NCBI RefSeq assembly: GCF_036365525.1
Contig: NC_090417.1
Location: 14,881,748-14,945,747, forward strand
Length of the DNA: 64,000 nt
DNA from: Heterodontus francisci
Lineage: Eukaryota
Reading direction: 5' to 3'
Shown here: in pieces, positions 13,480 to 26,289 of the stretch
Numbering within the stretch: the first letter of the stretch is position 1
How the letters are laid out: each line of letters starts with the position of its first letter
Notes under the pieces: model-generated
Databases searched by the model: none
The model's input: only the letters and a program-made list of their open reading frames with translations
Told to the model about the DNA's origin: nothing
Translations under genes and position numbers: made by a program

Positions 13480-14175
13480 AACACTATGGGTTGCTAAAAC
13501 ACACGAGGAACAATGATGGAACCTTGGTTAGGCCACACTTGTGCACAGTTCTGGTTTTTACCAGAAGGATCCAGCGCACTGGACAAGGTGCACCAAAGAT
13601 TGTTAAGAATGATAGCAGAACCAAGAAGTGATGACACTCTACAAAGACTGAACAGGCTGGGACAACAAGACTCACAGGTCATAGAGTCATTTATGGTACA
13701 CAAAGTAACCAGGCCTGCAAGTTTATTTCCTTCAAGTGCCCATCACATTTCCTTTGAAAGCCATTGATTGTCTCCGCTTCCACCACCCTCGTGGATAGCG
13801 AGTTCCAGATTATTACCACTCACTGCATAAAAAAGTTCCTCCTCACATTCCCCCTGCATCTCTCTTGCCCAAAACCTTCAATGTGTGCCCCCGAGACCGT
13901 GTACAGTTAAAGGGAACAGTTTTTCCTTGTCTAACTTATCGAAGCCTGTCGTAATCTTCTACACCTCTATTAAATCTCCCCTCAATCTCCTTTGCTCCAA
14001 GGAGAACACCGGCTTTCCCAACCTAACCTCGTCACTAAATTCCCCATCCCTGAAACCACTCTGGTAAATCTCCTCTGCACCCTCTCAGGGACCCTCACAT
14101 CCTTCCTGAAGTGTGATGACCAGAACTAGGTGCAATACTCCAGTTGGGGCTAACTCGTGCTTTATAAAGGTCGAG
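13480..14175. mobile_element. Old CR1 fragments (plus about 13480-13680; minus about 13700-14175)
   Basis: Degenerate CR1 ORF2 C-terminal and 3' UTR sequence. Confidence 0.65.
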
Positions 14176-14496
14176 TGATAAAGTGAAATGGTTGGATTTA
14201 TCTGAACAGGGAACAAATAGCAATAAGGACAAACTAAGATTCCACTTGACCAAGAGGCTCAACATGGCTGATCATCTTGCAGTCTCTCGCACTTGGGACA
14301 GAAAAGCAGACGATGCAATTTACCTCAGGTCTGTACTCAATAGACACAACACTAAATTAGCCATGATGCCTCTTGGTCATTTCTGCCCAACAACTCCTGT
14401 AACTAAGTGCAACGAATGCGCTCAATATCAGGCTCAGTGAGATGCCTCCAGCATCAAATAGCCTGCCAACACTGTTAGATGGCAACAGAAGTGTAA

Positions 14497-14912
14497 TCTG
14501 TGACACAGTTGGCAGCATCCTCGCTTCTGACTCAGAAGGTTATGGGCTCGTGTCCCACCCCAGAGACTTGCGCACAAAATCAAGGTTGACACTCGTATGC
14601 TGCACTACCTCTTTCAGATGAGATGCTTGCCTGAAGGCCAGCCTGCCCTTTCAGGTGGATGTAAAAGATCTCACGACATTATTTCAAAAGAAGGGCAGGG
14701 TTTTCTCCCAATACTTATCACTCAACCAACATTACCAACAAAGATAATCTGGTCATTCACATCGCTGTTTGTTGTCAGCTTGCTGTGTGCAAATTTGCTG
14801 TCACATTTCCAACATTACAACAGTCGGCACACTTCAAAATAGCTTCATTGGCTTTGGCGTGCTTTGGGACAATTCGAGGTCGAGAAAGGAGATATATAAA
14901 TCCAAGTCTTTT
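14497..14912 (+). mobile_element. Deu-type (SacSINE1/AmnSINE-like) SINE
   Basis: Central TTTCAGATGAG...GGTGGATGTAAAAGATC motif and GAAAGG..TATATAAATCCAAGT tail, shared with copies at 24370, 49440 and 58470. The family name is recalled, not searched. Confidence 0.7.
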
Positions 14913-15659
14913 GGACTCCCATTTGAAGAAAACCCATGTCGTTAACATACTGGATGCCAAGCATGAAGCAGTATCTTCAGGCCCCGAAATTCAAAAAATG
15001 CACTGCAAATAAAGATCAGATAACATGACCAGTGACACCTGCAGTCAGCAAGGTGTTGCAGGATACTACACATGTTCTCCTGTATGTACTAGCTGAATTC
15101 CTGGACTGCCTGGAAGGCAGATTCACAATCTGTGGTTGAATATTAACAGCAGCCAATACCAGGAAGCAATCTGAAATCATAGTTCTGACTCAGAGGAAAG
15201 GCGGGAGGGGGACAGGTGTTCATTGAAATATTGGCTGACCACTTGTCTAAGTTTCAATCCAAGTTTCTCTGTATCATCCAATATCTTTATTCACTGTTTT
15301 TGGCAAGCTGGACCATTTCTCAACAAGTCAATAACTTATGGTCAAGGGCTGCATAGTCAAGCAATACCTTGATCAAAGGCTCACTCAAAGGCTCATCATA
15401 ATTGCCAGGGAGTGTGATGGGACTCAGATCTGTGCTCGGAATCACGGTGAACTGTAAATTTTAATCATGTCACTGCATATTTCTGTCTAGTGGAGACAGT
15501 GTACTGCTCCACAGGAAGAAAAACAGAACTATTGACTCAAAAACTATTTAGATTACTTCTGATTTAATAATGCCCTTCGTGCACTTTTTTTTGTTCAAGT
15601 ATTTGTTCCCAAGATGTGAAGACAGCACATGTAGCTCCCTTTCCTTGTTACCTTGACAA

Positions 15660-15838
15660 TAACTGCTGGGTCAAAATGCTGGAACTCCCTTCCGAACAGC
15701 ACTGTGGGTCTACCTACCTCACATGGACTGCAGCAGTTCAAGAAGGCAGCTCATCACCACCTTCTCAATGACAATTAGGGATGGGCAATAAATGCTGGCC
15801 TAGCCAGCGACACCCACAGCCCACAAAGAACAAAAAAA
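15660..15838 (+). mobile_element. 3' tail fragment of the 20173-23778 LINE family
   Basis: Matches 23600-23778 (GGGCAATAAATGCTGGCCTAGCCAGCGAC...). Confidence 0.85.
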
Positions 15839-16143
15839 CTCAGCAGATGCCATGAGCAATCAAGCACACTATGAGATTACAATCACATGCAGACCAGAGA
15901 GGGCTGGGTGGTGCTGTCCTTCCCTCCCCTTAAGGGCAGCATTCAAACTGCTGAGTTATTTTCAAAAACTGGCAGCTTTCACACTCATTTTTTCGAATTG
16001 TGCTCACAAACTGCTGTATTTCTTCAGTTCAATTTCACAATTTGCCATAGTGGGACTCAGACTCAAACACTGCTAGGTTTCTGGTCAAATGCCAGAGCCA
16101 CGACACGAACATATGTAGACTGAGCGAGACAAATCTCCCAACG

Positions 16144-16460
16144 GGGTGGCATAGTGGCGCAGTGGTTAGCACCGCAGCCGGAGTTTGCAAGTTCTCCCTG
16201 TGTCTGCGTGGGTTTCCTCCGGGTGCTCAGGTTTCCTCCCACATGCCAAAGACTTGCTGGTTGATAGGTTAATTGGCCATTATAAATTGCCCCTAGTATA
16301 GGTAGGTGGTAGGGAAATATAGGGACAAGTGGGGATGTGGTAGGGATATGGGATTAGTGTCAGATTAGTATGAATGGGTGGTTGATGGTCGGCACAGACT
16401 TGGTGGACCGAAGGGCCTGTTTCAGTGCTGTATCTCTAAACTAAACTAAAAAACTAAAAG
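16144..16460 (+). mobile_element. HE1/V-type tRNA-derived SINE (B-box region deleted)
   Basis: GGCATAGTGGCGCAGTGGTTAGCACCGCAGCC head, V-domain-like GGGTTTCCTCCGGGTGCTC, CR1-like tail and (CTAAA)n end. Confidence 0.85.
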
Positions 16461-18017
16461 TACTGCTTCATTCTAATTTACTGGGAAGCTGCAGTTTGCT
16501 CCAGCTAGGTCACAATCCCACCGTCAGTCAGGGATAGCCAAGCACACATGGAGCAACAAGTCTGCAGGAAGGAAACCTATAAAGAAACTGCAACCTGCAT
16601 TATCAATTCCATTGGATAAAACCCTCTCAACCAGTGAATTAGATTACTGCCTTAAAAGCAATTGCAGAAAAATGGACATTCAGATAGACTCATACAACAC
16701 AAAAGCTGCTATCTGGAACTTGATGCTTTGGATAGCTCTTTCAGAGAGCCAGCACATCAGTGCCACTCACCTCCTCTTTCCCCGTAGCCCTGGAAATTTT
16801 TTCTTCAAAGTATTTACCCAATTACCTTTTCAAGTTACTACTGAAACAGATTCCACCACATCTACATACATTCTAGATCATAACAACTCACTGTGTAAAA
16901 TAATGTCTCCACATCTCACCAACCGCTCCCCCCCCCCCCCGGAACTACCAATGCAAGTCAAATCTTGATCAGTCGTCTTCTCAAAACATGCTCCTCGTCA
17001 CAGGTTGTGGCACAATACACTTCACTGTGGTGCAACAACTTTCAGGTTATTGTGAAATTGTCTGGAAGAAGGGCTGTGGCAACTTGTCTTCCCTCCATGA
17101 CGAGAACTGCCTCGCCTCAAACAGTCTTGCAACACACTTTGCCCAAGCTCCCTTCTAACTCATGCACACACTGCTCTCTCACATGCACACACTGGCATTT
17201 TGGCAGAAGACAAAGGCACTTTATAATCTGGGAGCCCTTCACTCAGTGCTCGGAGCTGTGGATAAGAGTTACTGAGGAGGGTATGAAAGCTTCCTGTACA
17301 CACTTCCAGTGCTCAGCGGGAGCTTTCTCCTTACCTACAGAATCACTTCAGCCACTCTTACAGTGTAGACATGAGCCACCAGATCCTCAACCTCAACATA
17401 AACCTCATGCTGGTAAGGACAAGACTCAAGATGAGGTTCAAAGTTTTGCAAATTGGCATTCTGCCACCTCCCCGTTGCTGAACTGGCAATACAACGTGTA
17501 TCTGAGCCATGGAGTCCAGATTTTGGAGGTTTGTTTCCTCGTCTGTTTTGTGTTAGCTCATCTTAGTTGGCCCCTGTTAGGGAGATGAAAGCTACACAGA
17601 TTTCCCGACCCCGATTGCTATTCTTTATTGGAAAGTGTGTGGCCATCATGAGAGGGCAGAAGTTGTTTTATTTGTGATCCCTGTTGCAGAAAACCTGCTG
17701 AATCTTGCTGCTTGTACTGATGTATAAGGAATGGCTGTTTGGGAGAGGAGTCAGAGGACAACTGGTGCACTTGAATGGGTCATCTTTTGAGAGAAAGGAT
17801 GAAAATTGAATGGCCATTAAAAAGTAAATCTTTTGGTGACTTTGTGTCACACTATTGTGATGTGTGAACACATTTTGTCTCCTACAATACTGTGATAGAA
17901 TGAATATAGGATCTGAAATAATTATGCATTTTTCAGCCGGTGCTGTTATATTTTGTCTCCCAATGGTCCTGTAGAGCAGAGGAGCAGAGATTTTTGGACA
18001 GGAGAAGATGTGTTGAT

Positions 18018-19274
18018 GGAAAGGGGCAGGTCATGCCTCACAAGCCTTATTGAATTCTTTGAAGATGTGACAAAACACATTGATGAAGGAAGAGCAGTGG
18101 ATGTGGTATATATGGATTTTAGCAAGGCGTTTGATAAGGTTCCCCATGGTAGGCTCATTCAGAAAGTAAGGAGGCATGGGATTCAGGGAAAGTTGGCTGT
18201 CTGGATACAGAATTGGCTGGCCCATAGAAGTCAGAGGGTGGTAGTAGATGGAAAGTATTCAGCATGGAGCTCGGTGACCAGTGGTGTTCCACAAGGATCT
18301 GTTCTGGGACCTCTGCTCTTTGTAATTTTTATAAATGACTTGGATGAGGAAGTGGAAGGCTGGGTTAGCAAGTTTGACGATGACACGAAGGTTGCTGGAG
18401 TTGTGGATAGTGTGGAAGGCTGTTGTAGGTTGCAACGGGATACTGACAGGATGCAGAGCTGGGCTGAGAAGTGACAGATGGAGTTCAACCTGGAAAAGTG
18501 TGAAGTGACTCATTTTGGAAGGTCGAATTTGAATGCAGAATACAGGCTTAAAGACAGGATTCTTGGTAGTGTGGAGGAACAGAGGGATCTTGGGGTCCAT
18601 GTCCATAGATCCCTCAAAGTTGCCACCCAAGTTGATAGGGTTGTTAAGAAGACGTATGGTGTGTTGGCTTTCATTAACAGGGGGATTGAGTTTAAGAGCC
18701 GCGAGGTTATGCTGCAGCTCTATAAGGCCCTGGTTCGACCACACTTGGAATATTGTGTTCAGTTCTGGTCGCCTCATTATAGGAAGGATGTGGAAGCTTT
18801 AGAGAGGATGCAGAGGAAATTTACCAGGATGCTGCCTGGACTGGAGGGCATGTCTTATGAAGAAAGGTTGAGGGAGATAGGGCTTTTCTCATTGGAGCGA
18901 AGAAGGATGAGAGGTGACTTGATAGAGGGGTACAAGATGATGAGAGGCATAGATAGAGTGGATAGTCAGAGACTTTTTCCCAGGGTGGAAAGGGCTATCA
19001 CCAGGGGGCATAATTTTAAGGTGATTGGAGGAAGGTTTCGGGGAGATGTCAGAGGTAGGTTCTTTACACAGAGAGTGGTGGGTGCGTGGAATGCGCTGCC
19101 AGTGGTGGTAGTAGAAGCAGATACATTAGGGACATTTAAGCGACTCTTGGATAGGTACATGGATGATAGTAGAATGAAGGGTAGGTAGTTAGTTTGATCT
19201 TAGAGTAGGTTAAAGGTTCGGCACAACATCGTGGGCTGAAGGGCCTGTACTGTGCTGTACTGTTCTATGTTCTA
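18018..19274 (+). mobile_element. Young 5'-truncated CR1 LINE (RT to 3' end)
   Basis: Near-intact ORF2 with a single in-frame TGA at 18472-18474 and FDDD at the catalytic motif. The tail ends TGTTCTATGTTCTA. Confidence 0.95.
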
Positions 19275-19890
19275 ATACATACTTAATGACACGGTTCTGA
19301 AGAGTGCAGGAACAGAGGGACCTGGGGGTGCAGTTGCATAGATGTTTGAAGGTGGCAGCACATCGTCAGAGAGTTATTATTAATGCATGTGGGGTCATGG
19401 GCTTCATAAATAGAGGCACGGAGAACAAAAGCAGCGAAGCTATGCTGTACTTTTACAAAGCTCTGTTTTGGTCTGTATCCATTGGAGTTTAAAAGAATGA
19501 GGGGTGATCTTATTGAAAGATAGAAGATCCTGAGGGGACTTGATAGGGTGGATGTTCAAAGGACGTTCGTTTGCCCTTGTGAGAAAGACAAGAACGAGGG
19601 GCCAAAGTTTAAAATAAGGGGTCGCCCATTTGAGACGGAGATGAGGAAAAGATTTTCTCTCAGAAAGTTGAGAGTTTTTGGAACTCTCTTCCCAGAGAAT
19701 GGTGGCAGCTGTGTCAGTGAATATTTTTAATGCAGAGGTAGAGAGATTCTTGACTAACAAGGGGGTCAAAGGGTATCGTGAGTAGGCGGGAAAGTGGAGT
19801 TCACGCCACAATCAGATCAACCATGATTTTATTCCATGGCAGAGCAGGCCAGAAGGTCTACTCCGGCTCCTAATTCGTTTCTTCATGTGT
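19275..19890 (+). mobile_element. Older CR1 3' fragment
   Basis: QEQRDLGV...GFINRG and a CR1 3' UTR. Confidence 0.8.
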
Positions 19891-20172
19891 CCCACACTTT
19901 ACAAAGGATGTGAGGGTCCTTTACCAGAACGGTTCCAGAGATGGGGGATTTTCGTTACAAGGTTGGGTTGGAAGACTTGGGGTTATTCTCCTTGGAGCAA
20001 AGGAGATTGAGGAGAGATTTCATAGAGGTATACAAGATTGTGATATGTTTCGATTAGTTAGACAAGGAAAAACTGTTCCCATTAACAAATGGTACAAGGA
20101 CTAGGGGACAGTGATTGAAAGATTTGGGCAAAGGATGCAGGAGGAATATGAGAAAGAACTTTTTTTACGCAG

Positions 20173-23100
20173 GAGTAGGGTAGGCGGTGGCATAGTGGTA
20201 TTATCACCAGTAACTCAGAGACCGAGGGTATTGCTCTGGGGACATGGGTTCGAATCCCACCACAGCAGAAGGTGGAATTTGAATTTAATTAATAAATCTG
20301 GATTTAAAAGCTAGTCTAATGATGGCCATGAAACCACTGTCGATTGTTGTAAAAAACCATCACTAACGTCCTTCAGGGAAAGAAATCTGCTGGCCTTCAT
20401 GTGACTCCAGACCCACAGCAATGTGACTGACTCTTACATGCCCTCTGAAATGGCCTAGCAAGCCACTCAGTTGTATCTAACCGCTACGAAGTCAATAAAA
20501 ATGAATGAAACTGGACGGACCACCTGCATCGACCGAGGCACCGGAAACGACAATGGCAAACCCAGCCCCGTCGACCCTACAAAGTCCTCCTTACTAACAT
20601 CTGGGGGCTTGTGCCAAAGTTGGGAGAGCTGTCCCACAGACTAGTCAAGCAACAGCCTGATATAGTCATACTCACGGAATCAACCTTACAGACGATGTCC
20701 CAGACACTGCAATCACTATCCTTGGGTATGTCCTGTCCCACCGGCAGGACACACCCAGCAGAGGTGGCGGGACAGCGGTCTACAGTAGGGAGGGAGTTGC
20801 CTTGGGAGTCCTCAACATCGACTCCGGACCCCATGAAGTCTCATGGCATCAGGTCAAACATGGGCAAGGTAACCTCCTACTGATTACCACCTACCGACCT
20901 CCCTCAGCTGATGACTCAATACCCCTCCATGTTGAGCACAACTTGGAGGAAGCACTGAGGGTGGCGAGGGCACAAAATGTACTCTGGGTGGGGGACTTCA
21001 ATGTCCATCACCAAGAGTGGCTCGGTAGCACCACTACTGACTGAGCTGGCCGAGTCCGAAAGGACATAGCTGCTAGACTGGGTCTGCAGCAGGTGGTGGG
21101 GGAACCAATACAAGGGAAAAACATATTTGACCTTGTCCTCACCAAACTGCCTGCCACACATGCTTCTGTCGATGACTGTATTGGTAAGAGTGACCACCAC
21201 ACAGTCTTTGTGGAGACGAAGTCCCACCTTCACATTGAGGATACCCTCCATCGTGTTGTGTGGCACGATCACTGTGCTAAATGGGATAGATTTCGAACAG
21301 ATCTAGCAATGCAAAACTGGGCATCCATGAGGCGCTGTGGGCCATCAGCAGCAGCAGAATTGTACTCAACCACAATCTGTAACCTCATGGCCCGGCATGT
21401 CCCCCACTCTACCATTACCATCAAACCAGGAGACTAACCCTGGTTCAATGAAGAGTGCAGGAGGGCATGCCAGGAGCAGCACCAGGCATACCTCAAAATG
21501 AGGTGTCAACCTGGTGAAGCGACAACCCAGGACTACTTGCATGCCAAACTGCATAAGCAGCATGCAATAGACAGAGCTAAGCGATCCCATAACCAACGGA
21601 TCAGATCTAAGCTCTGCAGTCCTGCCACATCCAGTCGTGAATGGCGGTGGACAATTAAACAACTAACTGGTGGAGGTGGCTCCACAAATATCCCCATCCT
21701 CAATGATGGGGGAGCCCAGCACGTCAGTGCAAAAGATAAGGCAGAATCTTCAGCCAGAAGTGCCGATTTGATGATCCATCTCAGCCCCCTCCTGAAGTCC
21801 CCAGCATTACAGATGCCAGACTTCAGCCAATTCGATTCACTCCACATGAAATCAATAAACGACTGAAGGCACTGAATACTGCAAAGGCTATGGGCCCTGA
21901 CAATATTCAGGCAATAGTACTGAAGAGCTGTACTCCAGAACCTGCCGCAACCCTAGCCAAGCTGTTCCAGTATAGCACAACACTGGCACCTTCCCAGCAA
22001 TGTGGAAAATGGCCCAGGTATGTCCTGTACACAAAAAGCAGGACAAGTCCAACCCGGCCAATTACCGCCCCATCAGTCTACTCTCAATCATCAGTAAATT
22101 GATGGAAGGTGTCATCAACAGTGCCATCAAGCAGCACTTTCTTCGCAATAACCTGCTCAGTGATGCTCAGTTTGGGTTCCACCAGGGCCACTCAGCTCCT
22201 GACCTCATTACAGCCTTGGTTCAAACATGGACAGAAGAGCTGAATTCAAGAGGTGAGGTGAGAGTGACTGCCCTTGACATCAAGGCAGCATTTGACTGAT
22301 TATGTCATCAAGGAGCCTGAGCAAAACTGGACTCAATGGGAATCAGGGGGAAAACACTCTGCTGGTTGGAGTCATACCTAGCGCAAAGGAAGATGGCTGT
22401 GGTTGTTGGCTCCAGGACATCACTGCAGGAGTTCCTCAGGGTAGTGTCCCAGGCCAAACATCTTCAGCTGCTTCATCAATGACCTTCCTTCAATCATAAG
22501 GTCAGAAGTGGGGATGTTCACTGATGATTGCACAATGTTCAGCACCATTCGCAACTCCTCAAATACTGAAACAGTCCGTGTAGAAATGCAGCAAGACCTG
22601 GACAATATCCAGGCTTGGACTGAAAAGTGGCAAGTAACATTTGCGCCACACAAGTGCCAGGCAATGACCATCTCCAACAAGAGAGAATCAAACCATCTCC
22701 CCTTGACATTCAACAGCATTACCATCGCTGAATCCCCCACTATCAACATCCTAGGGGCTACTATTGACCAGAAACTGAACTGGAGTAGCCATATAAATAC
22801 CGTGGCTACAAGAGCAGGTCAGAGGCTAGGAATCCTGCGGCGAGTAACTCACCTCCTGACTCCCCAAAGCCTGTCCACCATCTACAAGGCACAAGTCAGG
22901 AGTGTGATGGGATACTCTCCACTTGCCTGGATGGGTGCAGCTCCAACAATACTCAAGAAGCTCGACACCATCCAGGACAAAGCAGCCCACTTGATTGGCA
23001 CCCCATCTACAAATATTCACTCCCTCCACCACCGACGCACAGTGGCAGCAGTGTGTACCATCTACAAGATGCACTGCAGCAACGCACCAAGGCTCCTTTG

Positions 23101-23778
23101 ACAGCACCTTCCAAACCTGCGACCTCTAGCACCTCGAAGGACAAGGGCAGCAGATGCGTGGGATCACCTCCTGTCCAAGTCACACACCATCCTGACTTAT
23201 TTATTTATTTCGAGATACAGCACTGAAACAGGACCTTCGGCCCACCGAGTCTGTGCCGACCAACAACCACCCATTTATACTAACTCTACAGTAATCCCAC
23301 ATTCCTTACTACCTACCTACACTAGGGGCAATTTACAATGGACAATTTGCCTATCACCTGCAGTCTTTGGAGCACCTGGCGAAAACCCACACGGTCACAG
23401 GGAGAACTTGCAAACTCCACACAGGCAGTACCCAGAATTGAACCCGGGTCCCTGGAGCTGTGAGGCTGCGGTGCTAACCACTGCACCACTGTGCCGCCCT
23501 TCATTGCAGAGAATTCACTTGGATGTTTCCTCTCCACAGTGAAAAGTCTGGTCATGCAGCCTGGGAAAGGACATAGGAACTGTATCATCGTTCCTTCACT
23601 GTCACTGGGTCAAAATACTGGAACTGGCTTCCTAACAGCACTGTGGGTGTACCTACCCCAAATGGACTGCAGCGGTTCAAGAAGGCAGCTCACCACCAGC
23701 TTCTCAAGGGCAATTAGAGATGGGCAATAAATGCTGGCATAGCCAGTGATGCCCACATCCCACGAATGAATAAAAAAA
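20173..23778 (+). mobile_element. Full-length single-ORF LINE (APE endonuclease + RT) with a tRNA-derived 5' head
   Basis: A box TGGCATAGTGG at 20188-20198 and B box GGTTCGAATCC at 20247-20257. EN starts at about 20581 (LLTNIWGLVPKLGEL..DIVILTES, VGDFNVHH, SDH). RT motifs: NYRPISLL, ALDIKAAFD, GVPQGS, MFTDD. Ends GAATGAATAAAAAAA. Several frameshifts and stops. Confidence 0.9.
23199..23500 (-). mobile_element. HE1/V-type SINE nested in the LINE
   Basis: Reverse complement of the 53281 SINE with an (AAAT)n tail. Confidence 0.9.
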
Positions 23779-24369
23779 AGCAAGTGGTAATGACCTGGAA
23801 CTCGCTGCCCACAAGGGTGGTGGAAGCGGAAACGATCAATGACTTCAAAAGGAAGTTGGCTGGCCACCTGAGAGAAGTAGACTTGCAGGGCCACGGGGAT
23901 CGAGCTTGGAAGTGGGCCTGCCTGCATAGCTCCGTAGAGAGCAGGCATGGTCTCAATGGGGCAAATGGCTTCCTTCTGTGACATAAATGACTTTCTCTCT
24001 CTTTCCAGGACTCCTAAAATTTGCCCATCCTCTCTGCAGATAGCAGGCCAGAGCACTAACTGAAAAGGGACAGGGGAAACTAAAGATGGGAGTATCAAAA
24101 GTAGAACAGAGAGGAAAAAATAAACCACGTTGCTGCACACTGGGATTCCAACACACTACAGTGACTAGTAGCACAGCACCTTCTAACTTGTAAGCTGTAC
24201 CTCATCTTATTCAGGCTGCCAAAGGTATTTGACTCATATTTGAATGTTTCATGTTCCGAGGAAGGGAACAAACTGAATGCAAAGATATCTTCGAGCAAGA
24301 CTGGCCTGCACTGTTGTCACCTGTTTCAAATGTGCAGTCTCCAGATTAGCAGACTTTGAAATGTTCAGA

Positions 24370-24800
24370 ACACAGCAATTACTCCTCAGGAAGGTGCCTG
24401 CTATGACTCGAGCAAAACATCCAGGCCAACACTGCAGTGCCAATCGGAAGGCAGTGCTGCACTGTCAGAGGTGCTGCCTTTCGGATGAAATGTTAAACTG
24501 GGGCCTATCTGTGCTTTCAGTTGGACAAAATAGCTCCCACGACCATGATTTTGAATAAGAGCATGGGCAATTCTCCTCAGGGTCTTAGTCAATATTTATC
24601 CCTCAACCAACATTACCATAATAGGCTGTCAAGTTACTATCACATTGCTGTTTGTGGGAGTTTACTGTGCACAAATCTGCTGCTGTGTTTCCTACATTAC
24701 AACAGTGACTACACTTCAAAAAGCACTTTATTGGCTATCAAGTGTTTGGAACATCCTGAGCTACTGAAAGGTACGAGATAAAAACAAGTATTTCTTTCTT
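24370..24800 (+). mobile_element. Deu-type SINE
   Basis: TTTCGGATGAAATGTTAAAC core and shared tail. Confidence 0.7.
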
Positions 24801-26289
24801 TCACAAAAGCAACTGCAATATCTTTGCGTAACCATGCTGCAATGAAGCCAAGTTACGTTCTCATGCCCCTGCAGACTGATGCACCACTGTTCCTCAAACA
24901 CCAACAAGCACTGCAAGGAGAGGCTGAAAAACCCTAAAGTGAGGATTTTTGAAATAAATTTCAAATTGTTTGGCTCAGCAAAGATCTGGTGGGTACTCGT
25001 AGGAACAATATGTTCCAGATTAGATTCTTCGTTTATGCCGAGTTAGCCAAAACATAGTTGGGCAGAGACAACTGGCACGGGCTCCTCGGACTTGAAGAGG
25101 GATAGTTTAATAAGTGCGCCAGAATTTCCATATCTGACCTCTTGTGCTGAAAAGCACGTGAATGGAATTTTTCAGGTGAGCTCAGGCTCGGCTGACTGAT
25201 TTGTACAAAAACATCAGCTTGCACAGGGAGCAGCACCCATTTCTTTCAGGCAGAGAATTGAAAATAAACATGTTATCGTGAAAAAGAGCAACACAATTAC
25301 AATTACAAAGGTACAATGGCCAATATTGCAAGCAACTGGACCCAGATGATTAAAAAGTTGATCAGAGGCTCCTGAATGACCATTTTTGATGAGTGCAGTG
25401 AATGAAGTGAGACTAAAACCTCCCCACTTACATAATGACAGGATGCAAAACCATTCAGCAAGCTTGGCGGGGTTCAAATACCAGTTATTACAACAACCAA
25501 AGCCACAGACTGAATGAAGCTGTACTTCACAGAAGTAGACATTGGTCTGGCAGCAGCTGTGAAAGGACATGGCTAAAATGACAGCATTTATCACCGCTGC
25601 TTCACATCAGGTCAGTTTTCAGCATTGGCCTCAACGCTCTGCTTCCCTATGCTCGATCCCAATCAGAACCATTGGAACAGAAGTGAAAGCAATAATTTCA
25701 ATCTGCAGTGAGTGAAAACAACCGGATGTGGAATTCAAATGGCACTCATATCTGCCTTCATCGTTCGAAACGCCGAAACAGTTTGAATAAAATTGATAAA
25801 ATATGTCAGACAACTGAGAAGGAGGAAGAAAATTTCATAATAGTGGATCTCTATTCTGCTGCAGAGACGTGCAGACGTGAGAGCTCATCATCTCATGTCA
25901 TGTCGAAGGGACAAAGAACCTATCCTTCACAAAGTGACAAGAAAATCTAAACCTTTCTGCAAATATGCAGAAAAATAAGTTACTTTGAGGTTATAATCCA
26001 AGCTCAGGCTTCAGGTTATTACAAAGTTGATCTTGTGTCTTGTGATCAATACCACTTGGCTGGTGGGTTGCATTTTTAAAATTACGTCATCAAAAGTTGT
26101 TATTCTCCCAAATGTCACACGATTTTTGACATGGCTTGAAAAATAAGATTAATTTTGTGCGCTTCGTGCTTTGAAAAGCAAATTTTTTTTTTTTTGCAAT
26201 ATCAAACCACTGTTCTAACTTCATGCACCACATTGCTTGTGGGATTCTCCACCCTGACACCATTCACAACTGCACCAATAATAAACTGG

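Larger units (their letters stand above)
19890..23985 (+). mobile_element. Old CR1 3' fragment (19890-20172 joined to 23779-23985) split by a nested LINE
   Basis: TTTTTTACGCAG at 20161-20172 continues as CAAGTGGTAATGACCTGGAAC at 23781 (FFTQ-xVVMTWNSLP). Confidence 0.8.

Noticed and set aside
16965-17588. 207-aa plus-strand ORF in intron 1
   Set aside because: Non-ATG start, no recognisable motif and no splice support.
17953-19188. Functional or domesticated reverse transcriptase gene
   Set aside because: It is 5'-truncated with an in-frame stop at 18472-18474. The 31912-33290 ORFs are likewise frameshifted, so these are ordinary dead copies.
20185-20270. Genuine tRNA gene (also the SINE heads at 16144, 53281 and others)
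   Set aside because: A and B boxes are present, but I could not fold a convincing cloverleaf and the sequence continues into retroelement bodies.
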